NCBI GenBank assembly: GCA_045047305.1
Contig: JASFYO010000024.1
Location: 1-39,387 of the forward strand
Direction: 5' to 3'
Origin: Planctomycetota bacterium
Lineage (GTDB): Bacteria > Planctomycetota > UBA1135
DNA: 39,387 nt
Below, piece after piece: positions 28,447 to 36,300 of the stretch (the stretch's first letter is position 1; the number at the start of each line of letters is the position of its first letter). A program made the position numbers and the translations under genes. A model generated the notes under the pieces. The model ran no database searches. It was given only the letters and a program-made list of their open reading frames with translations, and was not told the origin of the DNA.

Positions 28447-29870
28447 CAAGGGTTCGCGATTACCAATACTATGACCTCACCATTTCTCTGTGTGCGGAAT
28501 GCTTGCGTAAGGTCGACGCGAAGATTTTATTCCAGGATGGGAAAGTGTGGATGGATAAGCGCTGTCCGGAGCATGGAAAAGCACGAGTCTTAATTGCAGA
28601 CGACATAGAATATTACCGCCGCTCCCGCGAAGTCTTTTTGAAGCCTTCCGAGATGCCGGTAAAATTTCAAACTCCGGTGAAGCATGGTTGCCCTTATGAC
28701 TGTGGTTTATGTTCGGACCATGAGCAGCATTCTTGCGTGACGCTCATCGAACTTGGGGAGCGCTGCAATCTTGCTTGTCCGGTCTGCTATGCGGAGAGTG
28801 GACCGCAAGTTGGCGGCTTCCATTCCTTTGAAAAAGTGGTACGCATGCTGGATGCGGTAGTCGCAAGTGAAGGCGAACCCGATGTCGTGCAGTTATCTGG
28901 TGGCGAGCCCACGATTCACCCGGACTTCTTCCGCATAATGGATGCGGCGCGCGATCGCCCAATTCGTCACTTAATGGTGAACACCAATGGTTTGCGCATT
29001 GCACAAGAGCCTGGCTTTGCAGAACGTCTTGCTGAGTACATGCCGGGGCTTGAGTTGTACCTACAATTTGATTCCTTAGAGGAAGAGCCACTACAGGTTT
29101 TGCGCGGAGGAGACTTACGCGGAATCCGAGAAGCTGCACTCGGGCGCCTGAATGCTCTTGGCATTTCAACCACACTAGTTGTCACTTTGGTGCCGGGATT
29201 GAATGACCATGAAATAGGTTCGATTATTGATTTTGCGCTAACCCAACCTGCCGTGCGCGGCGTTACCTTTCAACCAGTGCAGGATGCGGGGCGCATGGAT
29301 GCTTCGACTAAGCAAACGGAGCGCTTAACGGTAAGCGGTGTGCGGCGTAAAATTTTGGAGCAGACTCAAGTCTTCAAGCCTGCAGATATCCTTCCCGTCC
29401 CGTGCAATCCTGACAGCATTGCAATGGCTTATGCGCTCAAGATAAAAGGGGGCGTGATTCCGCTAACCGGGTTGTTTGACCCGCAAGATCTCATGGATGG
29501 CACGCGCAATACCATAAGTTTCGAACGCGATCCAGCACTGCAAGCGAAACTGTTCGATGTCCTGTCTACCAGTCATTCGCCAAGTTCTGGCGCAGCGAGT
29601 CTTGCCGATTTACTTTGCTGCTTGCCCAAAGTGGAGTTGCCAGAGAGCCTTGGTTATGAAAACTTATTCCGTGTCATCATCATGCGTTTCCAGGATGCGG
29701 AAGACTTCGATGTGCGGACCATAAAGAAGAGTTGCGTTCACGTGGTACACCCTGAAGATGGACGCATGATTCCGCTTGAGACATATAATTTATTTTACCG
29801 TGGGGATTTGGAGAAAACGGTCTTGGAGAAGTTGCGTTACCCCGATAAAGAGGTTGCGTGGACGATTTAG
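28443..29870 (+). CDS. Radical SAM protein, Tes/GDGT-MAS (MJ0619)-like family
   Basis: Start ATG 28443 (ATGA overlap). CAEC-x20-CPEH rubredoxin-like site; GCPYDCGLCSDH; SAM cluster CNLACPVC; SGGEPTIHP; NTNG; YLQFD; C-terminal FD...KKSCVH...IPLETYN. Confidence 0.88.
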   Translation: MTRVRDYQYYDLTISLCAECLRKVDAKILFQDGKVWMDKRCPEHGKARVLIADDIEYYRRSREVFLKPSEMPVKFQTPVKHGCPYDCGLCSDHEQHSCVTLIELGERCNLACPVCYAESGPQVGGFHSFEKVVRMLDAVVASEGEPDVVQLSGGEPTIHPDFFRIMDAARDRPIRHLMVNTNGLRIAQEPGFAERLAEYMPGLELYLQFDSLEEEPLQVLRGGDLRGIREAALGRLNALGISTTLVVTLVPGLNDHEIGSIIDFALTQPAVRGVTFQPVQDAGRMDASTKQTERLTVSGVRRKILEQTQVFKPADILPVPCNPDSIAMAYALKIKGGVIPLTGLFDPQDLMDGTRNTISFERDPALQAKLFDVLSTSHSPSSGAASLADLLCCLPKVELPESLGYENLFRVIIMRFQDAEDFDVRTIKKSCVHVVHPEDGRMIPLETYNLFYRGDLEKTVLEKLRYPDKEVAWTI

Positions 29871-30205
29871 ATTCAGGAGCGAACCCTTCTGAAATGAAGA
29901 AGGGCGACCATGCCATGATGGGGTTTCTCCAGGCCATTGGTCTGGTCATTTTGTTTCAACTTTCTTTGGCTTTACTTGCGATGGTCGTTAAAGAGTGTTG
30001 GCCGTCAGTTGGCACGTATGAGACCTCCTTCACATTCTTCTTTCTTTCCATAGGGTGGACCCAACTTCTATACCTTCCTTTTTTCTTAAAGAGGCAGAGG
30101 CGTGGAGGAATGAATGAAAGAGCCAAGGGGGTTGCGACAGTAATCGGGGCTTTATTTCTATTAACTTCCGCCTGCAACCTGATTTTCAGTGGGACAAGTT
30201 TCTAG
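29858..30205 (+). CDS. Small membrane protein A (3 TM) with C-terminal lipobox-like Cys
   Basis: Overlaps the rSAM stop. GWTQLLYLP..KRQRR..AKG-14 mostly hydrophobic residues-C(NLIFSGTSF). Start may be ATG 29894. Confidence 0.7.
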   Translation: MDDLDSGANPSEMKKGDHAMMGFLQAIGLVILFQLSLALLAMVVKECWPSVGTYETSFTFFFLSIGWTQLLYLPFFLKRQRRGGMNERAKGVATVIGALFLLTSACNLIFSGTSF

Positions 30206-30212
30206 AAAAGCC

Positions 30213-30536
30213 ATGAATCAACCTTCTCCTATGAAGTCCCACCCCCAACCCCCAGTCGAAGAAGAGGGGTGGAAGGCTATCGCTTTGGTCCTTGTCGTAG
30301 GTGCGGTATTGCTATCCCTTTCCTTTCTAAGTGGATTCTTCGGGTTAGGGGGGATATCCATTTTCTTATTCATTGTCGCGGCTCAAAGCGGATGGGTTCA
30401 AATCCTTTACCTGCCAGTGATGGCATTAAGATTTCGCAAACAAGGTCGCATGAATAAAGCCAAGGGCTTTGCGATTTCATCCGCAATTTTGTTCACCTTA
30501 ACTGGCCTGTGTAACGGCCTAATGGTGTGGGGATGA
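30213..30536 (+). CDS. Small membrane protein B, paralogue of A
   Basis: GWVQILYLP..RFRK..AKG-14 mostly hydrophobic residues-C(NGLMVWG). Stop overlaps the next ATG. Confidence 0.7.
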   Translation: MNQPSPMKSHPQPPVEEEGWKAIALVLVVGAVLLSLSFLSGFFGLGGISIFLFIVAAQSGWVQILYLPVMALRFRKQGRMNKAKGFAISSAILFTLTGLCNGLMVWG

Positions 30537-31501
30537 TGGCGCTTTCCTTTTTCTGCGCATGGATTTTGCTTAGCTTCGGGCAATCGACGTTGCCGCATCA
30601 AGGGTCCGAAATCCAGGTCGGCGACCGCCTCGTGCGCATTCATTGTGAACAGAATTATGAAGCTTTCGTGTATGCGAAGAATCTTTCCGCTCCGGATGGC
30701 CTTTGCTTTGACGGCGAGGGGCAACTTGTGGTGGTTGAAGAGACTGCAGGGCGCATCACCCGGATAGACCAAGGTGGAAAGTCTCACATTTTGGCGCAGA
30801 ATCTGCATTCCCCCGAGGGCATTTGCCGAGCCCCCGATGGCACTCTTTATGTCACTGAAGACCTTGCAGACGGTCGGCTCTTAGCGATTTCGCCCAAGGG
30901 AGAAGTCCTGGCTTTAGCTTCTGGCCTGGATGCACCGGAAGGTGTGGTGCAGATGGGGGATTCCATTTACATCACGGAATCTACGGCGCAACTTAGCGAG
31001 AACTTTTTTGCAGCGCATTCGCGAGTATCCGTTTTGCGGCGCACGGAAGAGGGCTGGAGCCGGCCTCAGCTTTGTTTGCAAGTTGAGTCGCCGATTAGCT
31101 TTTCCGAAGTTGTCAGCGACGGAGCAGGGGGTCTCATCTTTGCCAATGAAGTCGCCGATGGAATGTTCGTGCGTAAGGCGCTTTGGCATTTTGATCTATC
31201 ATCCAAAAAGCTAAGTCTGTTCGCGTCGGGATTGAAATCCCCTGAGGGATTAGCCACTACGCCGGGGGAGTGTGGGCCATTTCCACTCTACGTTGCTGAA
31301 GAAAACGCAGATGGAAAGGGCCACGGTCGCATTAGCCAAGTTGATGAAAAAGGTAAGTGCTCCATTTTCGCAACCGGATTTTTTACGCTGGAAGACGCGG
31401 TCGTCGCGGCAGACGGTTCCATATATGTTAGTGAGGACGCCACTGGACTTATCATTGTCTTACGCCCGCTTCTTAAACAGAAAAGGCCGCGCTCCCAGTA
31501 G
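30533..31501 (+). CDS. Secreted beta-propeller protein (NHL/SMP-30-gluconolactonase-like repeats)
   Basis: Signal peptide; repeats NLSAPDGL, NLHSPEGI, GLDAPEGV and GLKSPEGL, each followed by a YV.E-like strand. Confidence 0.75.
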   Translation: MMALSFFCAWILLSFGQSTLPHQGSEIQVGDRLVRIHCEQNYEAFVYAKNLSAPDGLCFDGEGQLVVVEETAGRITRIDQGGKSHILAQNLHSPEGICRAPDGTLYVTEDLADGRLLAISPKGEVLALASGLDAPEGVVQMGDSIYITESTAQLSENFFAAHSRVSVLRRTEEGWSRPQLCLQVESPISFSEVVSDGAGGLIFANEVADGMFVRKALWHFDLSSKKLSLFASGLKSPEGLATTPGECGPFPLYVAEENADGKGHGRISQVDEKGKCSIFATGFFTLEDAVVAADGSIYVSEDATGLIIVLRPLLKQKRPRSQ

Positions 31502-31538
31502 TGGGATCGCGGCCTTGGTTGTAGCGCGAATCGACGCG

Positions 31539-33830
31539 CTACAACGCGTTATTCACCAATGCGCCAATCACGCCAAAGATGGACAGCCCGGCAATCAATC
31601 CGGAAACAATTGGGATCAGATAGAAGTCGGAAGACTCCTTACTCTTTTTGGTCCAAACTGCTGCAATGACAGCGCCGAGGCACATCGACAATGGGTAGTT
31701 AAACGGCAGGATTAAGCCGAGGCCGATACCTGTAGCCGAAGGCAGCCATGCGCGGTTTTTCGGAAACAGCATTTCCAGGGCGAGCATTGCGGCGCCAAGG
31801 CCGAGGCCCCACATGATCATGGTTTGATGCATCGGGTGCATGGCGCTGAGTCCACCACCAGTCATGACTTTTGCAATCGCCCACCAAGCTTGTGCGGCCG
31901 GTGCGGGGAATGGAGGGGTAAAAGATTCGCCGCCGAGACCTTCGCCAGTGATGACGGTTGCGTCTGGAACCAAAAGGTAGAAGCCCCAGACCGTGGCAAC
32001 TGTGCCCGCGGCAATACCCCAAACTTGAGCGATGAATTGGCGCCGAGGGTTTGCGCCAAGTAGGTAGCCGGACTTGAGGTCGTTCAACAAGTCGGCCGCG
32101 CTGCCGGCAGAGTTTGCCGTAATCGATGCCGACATGAGGTTTGCACTTGCAGACTGTGGCATCAAAGTACCGAAAGTGAGCTGCATGATTTTCCCCATGG
32201 CACCGACGGGAGTGATGTCGGATTCACCAGTGGCGCGTGCAGCGACCATGGCGAGGAAGAAGGTCATGCCGACCGCAAGGGCTCCGTAATGCAGCGGAAT
32301 GCCGAAGGCTTGGTGCGCAATCAGAATGGCAGCACTGCCGGAGATGGCAACGCCGATAGCGAACCAGGAACCTGGCACTTCTGTCGCTTTGACTAAGGCC
32401 GATTCGGTTTCGCCGCGATTGCGACCTAAACCGGAGAAGGCGCGAAGGATGGTGCGCCACTGGGTTAGGAACTGCAGAATTCCGTAAGCCAGCATGATGG
32501 AGACGCCAAGCCATAGGCCAACTTCTTTCCAGGCGTGGCTCGGTTTCGATACGGCACCGAAGGTCTGCGCCTTCGCGAGCTCTTCAAGTTCGCGATGCAT
32601 GAAACCTAAAAGCGTGGTTGGGATGACCTCGACTTCCGCATTTGGATCCGCCGCTTCGATGGCCTCGCCCGCGGCAATTTTTCTCTCTAAGGCTTTTGCT
32701 GCTTCTTCCTCTTTCTTGGCTTCCTTGACCAACGATCCTTCCAGGGTAAGCGCCAACAACTTTCGAAGATCTGGCTCATAGCCAGGGAACTCTTTCATGA
32801 TGGGATCCAGCGCTGCGCTGTAGGCAGCGACGTCGGCACTGTTTTCGGTTTGAATGACCGCACTATCGAGAGCTTCTCCATAAGGACTGGTCCACACATC
32901 GGCGAGGGCAGGTCCGCCGAGCGCGAAGATCAAAACCAATCCACTTGCCACCATGTAAAGACTAATGCGCAATCCAACTAAAGCACCAGCGGCAATCATC
33001 ACTGGGTTTACATCTAAAGCCATGGTCCAATCGGAAGGCTTATAAGCTTCCAACACGCCTTTGACCTCGTGGCTGCCAGGAGCCTTTAGTAGGCGATCGA
33101 AAATGTTGAATTGGCCGGGCAGAATCGGCTTGCCATTTACAAAGTTGAAGTCCAAGCCAAGCGAGGCCAGTGCACCAAATCCGGCAGACCAACCTAGAGT
33201 TTTCGCTTTGCGCATGGCGACTTCGCCGTGCGAATAAAGCGATTGCAAAGTCACAGCAGCAGCGGTTCCGGAAGGGAACTTCAGGCGATCCTTGTTGATG
33301 AGATTTCTCTTCATCGGGATGGCCATCATGGTGCCGAGCGCGGCAAGCGAAATGGTCCATCCGGTGAGGACCAGCGGGTCCATGTGCACTCCGAGTGGGT
33401 TATCCGGGGTGACGGTGAGTAACAACATGGCCGCGATTGCCGAAACCATGGTTCCGCCAGTGGAGTAACCCGCTGCCGACGCCGTGGACTGCATGCAGTT
33501 GGTCTCCAGAATGGTCATGGGAGAACGCGCCAGGTTGGACTTTACGGCTAAGGTCCACAAGGCGAAGGAAGCGATACATGCGGTAATCGCCACACCCAAA
33601 GCCCAACCCGTTTTTAATCCGATATAGAGGTTGGTGAAAGCCAGCAGGAATCCAAGTAAGGAACCCATCGCCACCGCTCGGATGGTTAACTGTGGGACAT
33701 CTGCCCCGCGGTAGATTTTTTCATACCACTCCTCCTCGGACATATCGAGGACCTGTTCTGGTCCAATCTCGAGGGGGGCATATTTTCCCGCTTCTTCCGC
33801 GGTTTGAGGGGCTTTCTGAAACAAGGCCAT
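31539..33830 (-). CDS. OPT family oligopeptide transporter (YSL-like clade)
   Basis: QLTIRA, NLYIGLKTGW, ILETNCMQSTASAAG, LKFPSGTAAA, RATGESDITP, LLNDLKSGYLLGANPRRQ and FPAPAAQAW. Confidence 0.92.
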   Translation of the reverse strand: MALFQKAPQTAEEAGKYAPLEIGPEQVLDMSEEEWYEKIYRGADVPQLTIRAVAMGSLLGFLLAFTNLYIGLKTGWALGVAITACIASFALWTLAVKSNLARSPMTILETNCMQSTASAAGYSTGGTMVSAIAAMLLLTVTPDNPLGVHMDPLVLTGWTISLAALGTMMAIPMKRNLINKDRLKFPSGTAAAVTLQSLYSHGEVAMRKAKTLGWSAGFGALASLGLDFNFVNGKPILPGQFNIFDRLLKAPGSHEVKGVLEAYKPSDWTMALDVNPVMIAAGALVGLRISLYMVASGLVLIFALGGPALADVWTSPYGEALDSAVIQTENSADVAAYSAALDPIMKEFPGYEPDLRKLLALTLEGSLVKEAKKEEEAAKALERKIAAGEAIEAADPNAEVEVIPTTLLGFMHRELEELAKAQTFGAVSKPSHAWKEVGLWLGVSIMLAYGILQFLTQWRTILRAFSGLGRNRGETESALVKATEVPGSWFAIGVAISGSAAILIAHQAFGIPLHYGALAVGMTFFLAMVAARATGESDITPVGAMGKIMQLTFGTLMPQSASANLMSASITANSAGSAADLLNDLKSGYLLGANPRRQFIAQVWGIAAGTVATVWGFYLLVPDATVITGEGLGGESFTPPFPAPAAQAWWAIAKVMTGGGLSAMHPMHQTMIMWGLGLGAAMLALEMLFPKNRAWLPSATGIGLGLILPFNYPLSMCLGAVIAAVWTKKSKESSDFYLIPIVSGLIAGLSIFGVIGALVNNAL

Positions 33831-33877
33831 GCACAAAGGTAACGTCGCCGTGTGCTTCTAGCTCCCTTCGAGGCCGA

Positions 33878-34906
33878 CTACTCTGCGCTTTGCTCTTGCT
33901 CGCCAGTCAAAGCACCAAGATAGGCGACGATGGAGGTGAGTTCTTCCTCGGTCAGATCAATGCCGCGTTGGTGGTGCGACATCAGTTTCACCGCTTCCTT
34001 CAGCTCATTTACCGAGCCATCATGGAAGTAGGGTGCAGTTTTTGCAACATTACGCAAGCTGGGCACCTTGAACACCATGTGGTGGGCTTTATTGCCGGTA
34101 ATCGCCTCGCGTCCAGGGTCATTTTGATTTGGCCATGGATTCACCAGGCCGAGCTTCATGTAAATCTGTCCACCCATAAAAGGGCCGTTGTGACAGCCAA
34201 AACAGCCGGTATCCACAAAGGCTTTGAACCCTTTTTGCTCCAGTGGAGTCAGGGCGTTGAGGTCGCCTTGAAGGAAATTATCCCAAGGCGCCGGCGTGAC
34301 TAGCTGGCGCTCAAAGGCTCCAATCGCGCTTGCTAGGTTATCCCAACTCAAAGATTCGGCACTTTTGGGGAACGCTTTGGCAAATAACCCTGGGTAGTCG
34401 GCGTCGTTGGCGAGCATGCCGACGACCTGTTCTGCACTATCCATGGCCATTTCCACTGGATTCAGAATAGGGCCTTTCGCTTGCTCTTCGACATTGGCTG
34501 CGCGGCCATCCCAGAACTGACTTTTATGCCCCGCAGCATTCAGCACGGTTGGTGCATTCCTTCCTCCAAGCTGCTCGTCAACTCCCAGCGAGAACTGGCG
34601 ATTGTCGACCCCAAACGTGTCTAGCCCGTGGCAAGAGTTGCACGACAGGCTTCCGTCTTTGGAGAGCTTGGTTTCGAAGAACAGTTTTTTACCCAGAGAA
34701 ATTTGTTCTGGAGTGGCCGGGGCGTCGGCCAAGTCCATGTTCTCTGGAAGCGGGCCAAAGAACTGCATCATGGCAGGGTTTACGCCGACCGCTTCGGCAA
34801 GTTCTGTGGGGGAAAGAGCCTGTTCCTGAGCGTAAGTGCTTGGCGCGAAAGCCAAAGCGCTACTCAGGAGAGCAATAACCATTGAGGGGAGGTTCCGTTG
34901 CGGCAT
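33878..34906 (-). CDS. ccp: Di-haem cytochrome c peroxidase (bacterial CcP)
   Basis: Two CxxCH motifs (CNSCH, CFGCH); GRNAPTVLNA, QFWDGRA, GPILNPVEM and FKVPSLRNV.KTAPYFHDGS; signal peptide. Start approximate. Confidence 0.92.
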   Translation of the reverse strand: MPQRNLPSMVIALLSSALAFAPSTYAQEQALSPTELAEAVGVNPAMMQFFGPLPENMDLADAPATPEQISLGKKLFFETKLSKDGSLSCNSCHGLDTFGVDNRQFSLGVDEQLGGRNAPTVLNAAGHKSQFWDGRAANVEEQAKGPILNPVEMAMDSAEQVVGMLANDADYPGLFAKAFPKSAESLSWDNLASAIGAFERQLVTPAPWDNFLQGDLNALTPLEQKGFKAFVDTGCFGCHNGPFMGGQIYMKLGLVNPWPNQNDPGREAITGNKAHHMVFKVPSLRNVAKTAPYFHDGSVNELKEAVKLMSHHQRGIDLTEEELTSIVAYLGALTGEQEQSAE

Positions 34907-34968
34907 GCTAGTTAGTGTCGCTTCGCCCCCTGAGGTTCCCAACAAAACCGCATTGTTAGGATGAAGCT

Positions 34969-36297
34969 ATGATTTCCCTTGCGATTCCTCTTTTAACGGC
35001 CGGTTCGGTGTTCTTTTCCGCACAGGAGCCCGCGCCGCACGAGATTGACGGCTTGACCGCAGTCCCTATCAATATCCACTCGGTTTCTGCCACGGTAGTT
35101 TTTGATGTGGAGACCAAAAAGGCAACGGTTAGCGCCGACATGAGCTTCGAAATGACCGGGAAGGGAGGTATGCCGGTGTTTGATTTACGGCAGAAGATCG
35201 ACGCCGCGACCTTAGACGGAGAGAAGATCTCCATAGAAGAGCTGGCCATGCATGATTTTGGCAGAACCTCCGGCACCATGCGCATTTTGGAGCGCGAGCT
35301 GAAGCCAGATGTGACTTACGTCTTGCATTTGGATTATCACTTGCGTCAACCACTCTCCCCGCACAGTGATCCAATCGGTTGGGGCGATGGCAGGCTCGAC
35401 TGGGATTTCTTCCTCTCTGACCTAAACCCCGGGCGCTATCTCGAGATGTGGTTCCCATCCAATCTATTGTTCGATAAGTTCAAGCTTGATTTAGATGTGC
35501 AGCTGAAGGGCACCGACACTGCCCACACTTTCATTACCAATGGCGTGCAAACCGAGTTGGCTCCTCTGCACTGGAAGGTCAGTTACCCCGATCACTTCAC
35601 CAGTTTCTCCCCGCTGCTAGTCATCGTTCCGAGCCAGGATGTGAAATCCGGAAGCGCCACCTTCAAGCTAAACGGCGAGAAAATGGAGATTCAGGTCACT
35701 TGTCGGAATGATGCTGGCTACAGCGTGAAAGAGGTTTTGAAGCAAACTGAATCCCACATGAAGGAGTTTAATAAGGCGATGGGTGCGTGGATGCACACCG
35801 GCCCGATTGTGGTTTACCTTTGGCCAGGAAGTCGCTCCATGGAATACGACGGCGCCACCACCACCGCTATGGGTGCCTTGCGCCACGAGTTATTCCATAG
35901 TTGGTATGGTCGCGGAGTGAAGCCGGTTAGCCAAAACGATGGCTGGATTGACGAAGCTTGGGATGTTTACTTTTCCGATGACGGACGCATTCCGGCATCG
36001 CGTACCAAGCATGAAGGCAAGCCCTTTGAGCTATGCTCCTCTAACCCATGGAACCGCACCACTTCCAGCGATTCCTACCGCGCGGGCTCCTTCTTTTTCA
36101 GCCGCGTTGCCGGCCTCATTGGCGAGAAGAATTTAATCAAGCACATGGCAAGCTTCTATGCGCAGCATGCTTTGGAATTGGTTTCCACGGCGCAGCTAGA
36201 GAGCTATTTGGTGGAAGCCTCCGGCAACGAAGACATCCACCAACTCTTCCACCGTTATGTTTACGGTAAGGAAGGAAAGTACAACGACAAGCAGTAA
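34969..36297 (+). CDS. Secreted M1-family-like zinc aminopeptidase (gluzincin)
   Basis: SMEY (GAMEN-equivalent), HELFH-x18-E (GWIDEAW) and a downstream Tyr in SYRAGS; signal peptide. Confidence 0.8.
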   Translation: MISLAIPLLTAGSVFFSAQEPAPHEIDGLTAVPINIHSVSATVVFDVETKKATVSADMSFEMTGKGGMPVFDLRQKIDAATLDGEKISIEELAMHDFGRTSGTMRILERELKPDVTYVLHLDYHLRQPLSPHSDPIGWGDGRLDWDFFLSDLNPGRYLEMWFPSNLLFDKFKLDLDVQLKGTDTAHTFITNGVQTELAPLHWKVSYPDHFTSFSPLLVIVPSQDVKSGSATFKLNGEKMEIQVTCRNDAGYSVKEVLKQTESHMKEFNKAMGAWMHTGPIVVYLWPGSRSMEYDGATTTAMGALRHELFHSWYGRGVKPVSQNDGWIDEAWDVYFSDDGRIPASRTKHEGKPFELCSSNPWNRTTSSDSYRAGSFFFSRVAGLIGEKNLIKHMASFYAQHALELVSTAQLESYLVEASGNEDIHQLFHRYVYGKEGKYNDKQ

Positions 36298-36300
36298 CGC

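Noticed and set aside
28443..29870. Annotation as MoaA or as a pterin dimethyltransferase
   Set aside because: The N-terminal CxxC-x20-CxxH and extra CxxxCxxC are not MoaA features. The methyltransferase label is the older annotation of MJ0619, later shown to be GDGT-MAS.
33692..34303. 203-aa + strand ORF and the many other 60-180 aa antisense or alternate-frame ORFs
   Set aside because: They are shadow ORFs of well-supported genes in GC-rich DNA, with no recognisable motifs.
33878..34906. MauG/BthA-type enzyme instead of CcP
   Set aside because: Size and motifs, including NPVEM, fit a classical di-haem CcP, and there are no methylamine dehydrogenase genes nearby.
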